Source: a virus
Lineage: Duplodnaviria > Caudoviricetes
Virus record (IMG/VR): IMGVR_UViG_3300030372_001232
Location: 1 to 52,011 of that record
Length of the DNA stretch: 52,011 nucleotides
Strand: one strand, 5' to 3'
A program made the position numbers and the translations under genes. Positions 8,826-16,645 of the stretch are shown in pieces. Within the stretch, counting starts at the first letter, position 1. The number at the start of each line of letters is the position of its first letter. A model generated the notes under the pieces. It searched no databases. It worked only from the letters and a program-made list of their open reading frames with translations, and had not been told where the DNA came from.

Positions 8826-11800
8826 ATGCCTTTAGAAATTAAATCTTTTGAGGGAGACATACAATCTCTTCCTCAAGCAAATATATCAGAACAACCACAA
8901 TCTCTTGTTCAAGCTTATGAACCTAGTGAAACTAGAAAAGCACAATATGGTGCTGCTAAAGAAACAATGGTTCTTGGCAGTGCTTGGAGAATGTTTAAAG
9001 CTGGAACTGGTTTTGGTACAGAGGGTGATACGTTTTCTGAGCGTCGTGAAGATGCTTATAACCAGCATATGGAAGAAGTTTTTGAAGCTTACCCTGAATT
9101 TAGAAGCGGTGCTTATGATAATGATGTTTCTGTTTTTGCTGGTCAAATGGGCACAATTATAGCTGACCCTATTCTTTGGATTCCTTGGATAGGTTGGGGT
9201 GGTAAAGCTTATAAAGCAGGACAAGTTAGTATAAAAGCTGGACAAGCTGCTCTTGCTACTGGTCAAAAAGTTAAAGGGGGTGCTAATATTGCTTTAGGTG
9301 TAGGTAAATCTGGGGCAGCTTTAGCGGCTCTAGGTGGTGGAACTGCAGGAGCTGACTTAGGTTTAAGAATGTTAGACCAAGAAGGAAGAGTAGACCCTAA
9401 AACATGGGCAACAGGAACTGCATTAGGTGCGGCTTTTTCTCCTGCATTTGCAGCTTTAGGCATAGGTGCTAGAGCAGGTATAAATAAAGTATTTCCTACT
9501 TTGTTTTCTAATAAAAGTATTGCAGATGATGTAATGAAAACATCTCTTGGTGAAATAAATAAAAGAAATAAAACTTCTAATTTATCTTTTGAAAAACTTT
9601 CTGAGATAGCTAAGAATCCAGTCATTCAATCTGCAATAAAATCTATTCAAGATAACACTATTGAGTTTAGAAACTATCAACAACTTACAAAAATTTTAGA
9701 CCAAGTAGGTTTAAACAAACAAACGTTAAAAGAATTACGAAAAAAACTAAAAGAAACTCCACTTAATAAAACTAGGTCTTTTAAAGTTTTTGACGAAAGA
9801 GCTAAAGTTATAAAAGAAATAGCAGATATAGAAGAGTTACTAAATGTTAAAATTAAAAATACTTCTATTAGTAAAATAACTAAACTAACGGATATTACTT
9901 TAGGAAGAGCAGAAAAAGAATTAAAATTAGAAATAGCTGACAACTATAGAAAAGCTACACAAGCTCTTACATCAGCTAACTCAGAATATATAGCAGCAAT
10001 AACAGAAGAAATTTATAAAAAAGGTGGTGCAGCAGCTCTTACTGATAGAATAATGAGAGGTATTTTAGCAAGTACTGTTTACCCTACATTCGGTGGAGTT
10101 ATTGGAGCTACTTATGGAATAATGTCAGAGGCTGATGATGATACTGCATCTTCTGCACTTTTAGGTGCTACTATTATGGGAGCTTATAGACTTATCGGAC
10201 AACGAAATATAATACCTAAACAAGTAAATGATGGAATATTTAATAAAATAATTAATCAAAAATTAAACAATTTTTTATGGCAAATTAAAAGAGGTCCTGC
10301 TATGACTACAGCTACAAGAGTAGAAGCTCGTGGTCCTGTTATGAAAAGATTTTCTAATTTATTATTTCATAGTTTTAAAGGTGGGACTAGAAGTGTAGAA
10401 CAAAAAGCTGGTGAAACCAAAGATGCTTTTAAAGCTTTAATATATGCTGAAGGTGGTATATTAGATGAAAGAACTTATAGTAATGTTTTAGTTCAACAAG
10501 TATCTAATAATATAGTTAGAGGAGCAAAGAAAAATAGTGTATTTCAAATAACTGAAGATGGTGGTAAAACTTTTAAATCTGTCAGTATAAAAGATTTAAT
10601 TAAACAAGACGAATTAAATAATACTACTGTAGTTAAAGATGCTTTTGAAGTAGCTAAAAAAACAAAATCTTTTTTAAGAGTACATAAAAAATATTTAGAA
10701 GATGCTGGTTTTGATATAAAAGAAGTTTTAACTGATTATTTTCCTAGAGTATATAACTTAAATTATATAGCACAAAATCAAGATGCATTTATAGATGATG
10801 TAGCTAGAGTTTTATTAAACAAAAATAAAGGTAAGGGAGGCATAGCCACTTACAGAGAAGAAGCTCAAAATATATTTAATAAGCTAATGAAAGTAGACTA
10901 TGATAATGTAATAAAAGATGTAGGATTACTTTCAGGAACAAAAGGTTCTAAAACTATATCGGGTTTTAAACTTCCATTAAGTGAACATGTGGAGCTTGAT
11001 AGATTAATAAAAGGAACATTTGATGAAGTAGAAGGTCCTCTTAGTAAATACTTTATAAATGATATTAGTTTTGTTCTTAATAACATGGTATCTAAATCTA
11101 CAAAGTCAGTAGAGTTTGCTAAAGTTTTTGGCGTTGATGGTAGAGGTCTAAGTTTACTTTTAGATGACCTATCTGAACAATATGTAAAACAAGGATATAA
11201 ACCAGGTGTTCTTTCTGGTTATCAAAAATCAGATTTAAAAGCAGTTAGAGATTCTATTAATGCTTTTTTTGGAAGACATGGAAATGAGTCTATTCAAGCC
11301 GCAAGAACAATTGCAGGTTTAACTTCTTTTCTTACTAACACAAGATTAATGGGAACTGTAGCTCTTGCAAACTTAGGTGATATAGTACAAGCTTTTAGTA
11401 ATAGTTATTACTTTAGTACATGGATGAAAGGGGTAGCAGCTACTCCATTCTTACCTAGAAGGTTACCATTTAGTAAAGTTCCTTTAAAACAAACTGACCA
11501 ACCTGTTGACATTTTATATATGCAACATGACAATGTAGCACGACAAGCTTTAAATAAATTAGGAGCTTCTGCGTTTGTTCAAGAGGCTGACCCAGGAAGA
11601 GTTTTAAAAGCTATATCTAGAGGTAATGAATATTTTTTTAAAGCTGTAGGATTAGAAGATGTTACTTTATTAGGTAGAAGATTTGCTTATAACTTTGGAG
11701 CTATTGATGGAATAAATTTAGCTAAAGATGTGGCTAGATTAGTTGCTAAAGAAGGAAAAAGTTTAGAAGATTTAATACGTTCTTCAACTTTTGCAGGTAG

Positions 11801-13343
11801 AAAAGCTAGAAAACTATATACAAGATTAGCTGACTCTGGTATGGCTAAAGTAGATAGCACAGGAAAAATAATTAATTTAGATGAAATAGCTAAACTTGCT
11901 ACTTTTAAAAGCTGGAGAGAAGCAAAACTTGATGAAGTTGGTCTAAGATTAATGAATCAATCTGGTAGAGCATCTATGGATAGAGATGCTATTATTCCTG
12001 CAATAGGTAATCGTTTACTATTTACTCAAACTAGAAATCCTCTTTTAAGATTAATAGGACAGTTTAGTTCTTGGGCACAAGCAAAATCTTCTCAAACAAA
12101 CGCATTACTTCAAAGAATTGAAAAAGGAGATGCTAAGTTAGCAACAGGAATGCTTATGGCTCTTCCTGTTTATAGTGCCATACATCAACTTAGAAGATAT
12201 ATAAAAAATGGATTTGAAGCAGAAGACACTAGACCTGTAGACGCTTTTGCTGATGGGGTAATTCTATCAGGTAATCCTGGTTGGGTAGCTTCTCAACTAT
12301 ATAGTTTTACAACTTATAATCCTAGAGAACCTTTAAATTTTTTTCCAGGATATGAATCTATATCAGATACTTTTTCTGCGGCAAAAGATTTAGGAAGTGG
12401 TAGACCTTTTAGAGAAGAAGGTGCTCTTCAAGATTACGTGTTAGAGTACGTGGATAAATTAAATTTATGGTTTATACCCCCAGAAATAAGAGACTTAGCA
12501 GTAAAAGTAGCTCCTGAATATTTATGGTGGCTTAATTATAACCCACTAGTAGACAGAAAGTTTGATGTGAGTCCTGAAAGTTTTGGTTTAGATTTTGGTG
12601 GTAGTGATATTCAAACACCTTTTGAATTTAATTTGGGAGGAGTAGTAGGTAAAGCCGTAAGTAAAACTTTAACTGATGTAGCTAAAAAATCATCTAAAAA
12701 AACTGATGATGTTTTATTAGGAGACCCAGCTAAAACTCAAATAACAACTACTTCTAATACTTATGATAAATACGCAGCTTTAATAAATGAGGTGGGTATA
12801 AATACAAAAAATTATGAAGCTGTTAATATTTTAGATTATGGTTCTGGTTTAGGATTGGGTTCTAAAATTTTAGGAGAGGTGGGAAATGTTAAAAGTTTTG
12901 AGCCATATGTTAATGCTAGCAGAATAAATAAATTAAACGGTAAATTACCTGATTATACAGAGGTAAAAGATTTAATCAAAAAAGAATCTAAAACAAAATT
13001 TAATGCTATAGTTAGTCATGCTGTTTTAAATGTAGTTGAAGATATTAAAGTAAGGTCTTCAATAGTAAAGAATATAGCTTCGTTATTAGATGATGAAGGA
13101 ATAGCTATTATAAATACAAGACCTGCTATTAGTGGAGCAAACAAAAGATATAAAGATGGTTTTTTAATGGGTAGCGGTAAAAACGTAACTTTTCAAAAAC
13201 CTTTTTCTCAAAAAGAATTAATTAAATTTATTCAAAAAACTTTAGGTAGTTCATATAATGTAATTAAAGTTCCAGAAAAATATAAAATATCTGGTTCTAA
13301 TGTTTTAATAAAAAGGAATATAAGTAATGTTATCAATGAGTAG
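8826..13343 (+). CDS. Large internal virion (ejection) protein with a C-terminal SAM-dependent methyltransferase domain
   Basis: 1505 aa with Gly/Ala hydrophobic segments. The C-terminal part has ILDYGSGLG (motif I), KSFEPY and IVSHAVLNVV. Confidence 0.7.
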   Translation: MPLEIKSFEGDIQSLPQANISEQPQSLVQAYEPSETRKAQYGAAKETMVLGSAWRMFKAGTGFGTEGDTFSERREDAYNQHMEEVFEAYPEFRSGAYDNDVSVFAGQMGTIIADPILWIPWIGWGGKAYKAGQVSIKAGQAALATGQKVKGGANIALGVGKSGAALAALGGGTAGADLGLRMLDQEGRVDPKTWATGTALGAAFSPAFAALGIGARAGINKVFPTLFSNKSIADDVMKTSLGEINKRNKTSNLSFEKLSEIAKNPVIQSAIKSIQDNTIEFRNYQQLTKILDQVGLNKQTLKELRKKLKETPLNKTRSFKVFDERAKVIKEIADIEELLNVKIKNTSISKITKLTDITLGRAEKELKLEIADNYRKATQALTSANSEYIAAITEEIYKKGGAAALTDRIMRGILASTVYPTFGGVIGATYGIMSEADDDTASSALLGATIMGAYRLIGQRNIIPKQVNDGIFNKIINQKLNNFLWQIKRGPAMTTATRVEARGPVMKRFSNLLFHSFKGGTRSVEQKAGETKDAFKALIYAEGGILDERTYSNVLVQQVSNNIVRGAKKNSVFQITEDGGKTFKSVSIKDLIKQDELNNTTVVKDAFEVAKKTKSFLRVHKKYLEDAGFDIKEVLTDYFPRVYNLNYIAQNQDAFIDDVARVLLNKNKGKGGIATYREEAQNIFNKLMKVDYDNVIKDVGLLSGTKGSKTISGFKLPLSEHVELDRLIKGTFDEVEGPLSKYFINDISFVLNNMVSKSTKSVEFAKVFGVDGRGLSLLLDDLSEQYVKQGYKPGVLSGYQKSDLKAVRDSINAFFGRHGNESIQAARTIAGLTSFLTNTRLMGTVALANLGDIVQAFSNSYYFSTWMKGVAATPFLPRRLPFSKVPLKQTDQPVDILYMQHDNVARQALNKLGASAFVQEADPGRVLKAISRGNEYFFKAVGLEDVTLLGRRFAYNFGAIDGINLAKDVARLVAKEGKSLEDLIRSSTFAGRKARKLYTRLADSGMAKVDSTGKIINLDEIAKLATFKSWREAKLDEVGLRLMNQSGRASMDRDAIIPAIGNRLLFTQTRNPLLRLIGQFSSWAQAKSSQTNALLQRIEKGDAKLATGMLMALPVYSAIHQLRRYIKNGFEAEDTRPVDAFADGVILSGNPGWVASQLYSFTTYNPREPLNFFPGYESISDTFSAAKDLGSGRPFREEGALQDYVLEYVDKLNLWFIPPEIRDLAVKVAPEYLWWLNYNPLVDRKFDVSPESFGLDFGGSDIQTPFEFNLGGVVGKAVSKTLTDVAKKSSKKTDDVLLGDPAKTQITTTSNTYDKYAALINEVGINTKNYEAVNILDYGSGLGLGSKILGEVGNVKSFEPYVNASRINKLNGKLPDYTEVKDLIKKESKTKFNAIVSHAVLNVVEDIKVRSSIVKNIASLLDDEGIAIINTRPAISGANKRYKDGFLMGSGKNVTFQKPFSQKELIKFIQKTLGSSYNVIKVPEKYKISGSNVLIKRNISNVINE

Positions 13344-14640
13344 TAAAAAATTTCTATCAGAATTTATAAGAGGTTTGTTTAATAAAAACTCTGTGGAGCA
13401 AACAAATGAAAATTTTCCTGTTCGCCCTGCATCTACCACTCCTTCTTCTAATCAAAATTTTCCTGTTCGACCTGCATCTCTTCCTCTTGCTGAAGAATCT
13501 CCCCCTGTTTTTGAAGAAGTTTTAAAAGAAGCAGAAAGCTCTAATAACTATCAAGCTGTAAATCCTCAAGGATACATGGGAGCATTTCAATTTGGTGAAG
13601 CTAGATTACAAGATTTTAAAGATGCAAAAGACAAAGATTTTTCTAAAGAAGAATTTTTAAAAAATAAAGAATTACAAAACGAAGTGTTTGATTGGCACAC
13701 TAATGATATTAAAAAATATATTAAAGATAGAAAATTAGATAAGTTTATAGGACAAGAAATACAAGGAAATACTGTGACTATGGACGGTTTAGTAGCTGTA
13801 GCTCATTTAGGTGGTAAGTTTGGCATGAGAAAATTTTTAGAAACTAATGGAGAATATAACCCTAGTGATTCTAATGAAGTAAAACTTTCTGATTATTTAG
13901 TTAGATTTGGAAATAGTGAAATGGGTAGACTTGGTTTTAGATTTGGAGGAGGAGCTGATGCAGGTGCAGGAAGTCTTTCAGGTGATAGAGGTTTTGGAGC
14001 TGGAGTAAGTAAGGATGTTAGAGATAGAATAGGAAATAAAGAAAGACAAAAAGATAAAAACACTGGTAAATTTGACTCGACTCCTAAAGCAGGACCAAAC
14101 ACAGTTGTTGGTAATCCTGGAGAGCAACAACGGCAATATGAATCAGAACTTAAAAGATTAGAAAAGATACAAAAAGAAGCAGAAGAAAGATATCAAAAAC
14201 AATTACAAACTGATAACCGTTTGAAATTGGAGTTTCTACTGCGAAGAAAAGAAAGACGTGACAGGTCTGCTGGAAGTAACACTACTCCATCTAACGCACC
14301 GTCAGGTTTTGGTCCTTTATTTGATAGTAGCTATCTAGGTCATGGTGTTTATCTAGACCCTAATTCTTCAATATATAATCCTAAATATTTTGAAACATAT
14401 GGATTTAGTGGTTCTAATTTAAACATGGCAGAGCAAGCAGAGATAACTAAAAAAGGAGTACAAGAAGATAAATTTACTGGTGAAACCAGCATCATAGATG
14501 ATATTAAAGATACTGTATCAAGTTTAACAACTTTTGATACTCCTGTTGGAGAGCTTAAGATAAAGCCTAGTACATCAGAATTAAAAGCAACACTTAGTTT
14601 TAAAAAGGGCGGTCTGTTAGATAGAAGCTCTAAAAAATAA
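13327..14640 (+). CDS. Virion-associated lysozyme-like / lytic transglycosylase domain protein
   Basis: AESSNNYQAVNPQGYMGAFQFG (catalytic ES and GxxQF) and VAHLGG, then a low-complexity C-terminal region ending FKKGGLLDR. Confidence 0.7.
   Translation: MLSMSSKKFLSEFIRGLFNKNSVEQTNENFPVRPASTTPSSNQNFPVRPASLPLAEESPPVFEEVLKEAESSNNYQAVNPQGYMGAFQFGEARLQDFKDAKDKDFSKEEFLKNKELQNEVFDWHTNDIKKYIKDRKLDKFIGQEIQGNTVTMDGLVAVAHLGGKFGMRKFLETNGEYNPSDSNEVKLSDYLVRFGNSEMGRLGFRFGGGADAGAGSLSGDRGFGAGVSKDVRDRIGNKERQKDKNTGKFDSTPKAGPNTVVGNPGEQQRQYESELKRLEKIQKEAEERYQKQLQTDNRLKLEFLLRRKERRDRSAGSNTTPSNAPSGFGPLFDSSYLGHGVYLDPNSSIYNPKYFETYGFSGSNLNMAEQAEITKKGVQEDKFTGETSIIDDIKDTVSSLTTFDTPVGELKIKPSTSELKATLSFKKGGLLDRSSKK
13409..13479 (+). 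repeat. 26-bp direct repeat encoding NFPVRPAS twice
   Basis: aaaattttcctgttcg(c/a)cctgcatct at 13409-13434 and 13454-13479. Confidence 0.85.
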
Positions 14641-14669
14641 TTGACAAATTACTATTTTTATGGTATAAT
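14641..14669 (+). promoter_or_regulatory. Consensus sigma70 promoter for hsp20
   Basis: TTGACA-17 bp-TATAAT with TGn extended -10. Confidence 0.9.
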
Positions 14670-14722
14670 AAATATTTGGAGTGGCTATAGGTAGCACTCT
14701 AGATGACAATAAAAACAACAAT

Positions 14723-14751
14723 AACTTGCTTAATGAAAGGAGTTAATTATG
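14723..14751 (+). promoter_or_regulatory. ROSE-like RNA thermometer hairpin over the hsp20 Shine-Dalgarno sequence
   Basis: AACUUGCUU-aauga-AAGGAGUU. The U(U/C)GCU motif pairs with AGGA, leaving a bulged G. Confidence 0.6.
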
Positions 14752-15186
14752 AACCTACCTACAAATAGAAGAGGTCTCGTATTCAACGCAGACCCATTTA
14801 AAAACTTAACAGTTGGATTCGATTCATTGTTCGACCAACTATCTTCACTGTCAGACTTTGAAGCACCGAGTTATCCGCCTTACAACATTCGTAAGATTGG
14901 TAATGATGGTTACGAACTTGAGATGGCTTTAGCTGGATTCAGTAAAAGTGATGTCAATGTAGAAGTAAAAGAAGATACATTAACTGTATCAGCTTCAAAA
15001 GAAGGTAAAGATGAAGAGGATAGTTTTCTTCACAGAGGAATAGCTAAAAGGTCTTTCACTCGTAAGTGGACTTTAGCAGAACATCTTGAAGTAAAAGATG
15101 CTGAATTGAAAGATGGTATTCTTTTAATTAAGATGAAACTCAATCTTCCAGAAGAGAAGAAAGCTAAAACAATAAAAGTAAAATAA
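14749..15186 (+). CDS. hsp20: Small heat-shock protein, Hsp20/IbpA family
   Basis: VGFDSLF, SYPPYNI, LAGFSK, FLHRGIAKRSFTR and AELKDGIL motifs. Confidence 0.95.
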   Translation: MNLPTNRRGLVFNADPFKNLTVGFDSLFDQLSSLSDFEAPSYPPYNIRKIGNDGYELEMALAGFSKSDVNVEVKEDTLTVSASKEGKDEEDSFLHRGIAKRSFTRKWTLAEHLEVKDAELKDGILLIKMKLNLPEEKKAKTIKVK

Positions 15187-15297
15187 CCTCGTGTTTGGGG
15201 CAGGAGGCAATTTTTTGTGCATCTTAGACGAAAAAAAACGCTCTAGGATGCACGAGGATTAACAAATCGGAGGTGTCTAGTACCCTAGCACCCCCCT
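15187..15297 (+). other. Structured intergenic element (two hairpins with an alternative pairing)
   Basis: GTGCATCTTAGA/TCTAGGATGCAC stem (15217-15253). CCTCGTG (15187) is complementary to CACGAGG (15251). A second stem, GGAGGTG-TCTAG/CTAG-CACCCCC, spans 15269-15296. Confidence 0.55.
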
Positions 15298-15311
15298 AAA
15301 AAGGAGAAAAA

Positions 15312-15368
15312 ATGATAGAAAAGATAAAAGAACTAATCAAGAAGATTAGAGCTAAACTAGGAGTATAA
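15312..15368 (+). CDS. 18-aa cationic amphipathic peptide
   Basis: AAGGAG RBS. MIEKIKELIKKIRAKLGV ends 1 nt before the holin-like gene. Confidence 0.5.
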   Translation: MIEKIKELIKKIRAKLGV

Positions 15369-15369
15369 T

Positions 15370-15807
15370 ATGGGTATTCCATTTGAAATGATAACCATGC
15401 TGGGTTCTACAGTGCTCGGTGGGGTTATGAGTATATGGTCTCAAAGTATAAAAGCTAAACAAGCTGAACAAAAGATGTTGTTACAAAGAGCAGAAGTTCA
15501 GACTGCAGCTTTTAAAGAGGCTAGAGAATATGAAAATGTAGGATTCCAGTGGACTAGAAGAATTATAGCATTGACTGCTATCTTTGCTATCGTTGTCCTT
15601 CCAAAAATATTACCATTGATAGACCCTCAAGCACAAGTAATCGTAGGTTATTTAGAATTTAAACCTGGATTCTTATTCTTTGAAGGCAAAGAAGTAATGC
15701 AATGGACACCTATGGCTCATAGAGGTATAGTAATTACACCTCTAGATACTAACTTGGTTGCTGCAATAACAGGACTATACTTCGGTGGAAGCTTGGTGAA
15801 AAAATGA
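15370..15807 (+). CDS. Holin-like membrane protein
   Basis: Three hydrophobic segments, a WTRR motif before the second, and C-terminal LYFGG. Confidence 0.5.
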   Translation: MGIPFEMITMLGSTVLGGVMSIWSQSIKAKQAEQKMLLQRAEVQTAAFKEAREYENVGFQWTRRIIALTAIFAIVVLPKILPLIDPQAQVIVGYLEFKPGFLFFEGKEVMQWTPMAHRGIVITPLDTNLVAAITGLYFGGSLVKK

Positions 15808-16031
15808 TTTGGATATTGTCAGCGATGCTTTGGTACACAGATGTAGAACAACCAAAGTATTCAGATTATAATGTTCAAGTATTCGAGACACGAGAAGAGT
15901 GTCACGATTATTTATTCTGGAATCAAGCTAAAATAGTAACTGAACTAGCACTTGCTCACGGAATGGAAGACGGCAAAGCTTTAAAAACTTGGGCGTTTTT
16001 CTGTGAAAATAGGAAGTTACAAGAAGTCTAA
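15804..16031 (+). CDS. Hypothetical protein
   Basis: 75 aa with FETREEC...C. Last gene of the plus arm; its stop overlaps the stop of the convergent gene. Confidence 0.6.
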   Translation: MIWILSAMLWYTDVEQPKYSDYNVQVFETREECHDYLFWNQAKIVTELALAHGMEDGKALKTWAFFCENRKLQEV

Positions 16032-16408
16032 GGATTTAACCACTCTTTTATGTTGTCTCTGGTATAAATAAAATTATCAGAGACAGCAAGATGTGGCTCT
16101 TCTGGGTATAAAAACATAATACATTTCTCATTTACATCTTTACTTATTTTTATTTCTGCAGGTTTATATCCTGCTCCTATCTCTAACAAATGAACACTCC
16201 GTTCTATATCTCCTTTTAATTTATAAGCTTCACCTTTAATTTTATATCCTGGTTCTTTTCTATATACAATAGGAAAACAACCATGAGAAAAATCCTTTAT
16301 ATCAAAATCACTGTGTAAAGTTTCACACTCTCCTATAAACTCTGACTCTTCTAGAATCCAGTTTAGTCTGTGGTTTTTCTTTAATGTTCCGTATACAAAA
16401 TATATCAT
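16028..16408 (-). CDS. Gamma-glutamylcyclotransferase (AIG2/GGCT-like)
   Basis: YFVYGTLKKNHRLN signature, plus IKGEAY and LLEIGAGY. Confidence 0.85.
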   Translation of the reverse strand: MIYFVYGTLKKNHRLNWILEESEFIGECETLHSDFDIKDFSHGCFPIVYRKEPGYKIKGEAYKLKGDIERSVHLLEIGAGYKPAEIKISKDVNEKCIMFLYPEEPHLAVSDNFIYTRDNIKEWLNP

Positions 16409-16644
16409 TAATTAATAGATGAAACATATCTTTGAATCCATTGTTCTAGTTCTTTAAATTTTAATTTAAGTTCTTTTACAAGGCCAATATAAAAATGTTT
16501 CTCTTCTTCACTCCTTTTAAATGTATCATTCATAATATCTGCTTCGTCTTCTGGAAGAGCTGACACTTCTGATATCAACTCTCCATCAGTGTTAATCATA
16601 ACACTATAACTAGCAATAACTCCTTCTTTCTTTTTCTTTGTCAT
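16408..16644 (-). CDS. Hypothetical protein
   Basis: Start moved to MTKKKK (16644), after a GGAGG RBS. Confidence 0.6.
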   Translation of the reverse strand: MTKKKKEGVIASYSVMINTDGELISEVSALPEDEADIMNDTFKRSEEEKHFYIGLVKELKLKFKELEQWIQRYVSSIN

Positions 16645-16645
16645 G

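Noticed and set aside
1251-14102. Antisense and alternate-frame ORFs in the virion module (1251, 2836, 5867, 6334, 8470, 8848, 8886, 9263, 9677, 10898, 13893)
   Set aside because: They are shadows of long, well-supported plus-strand genes, with no recognisable motifs.
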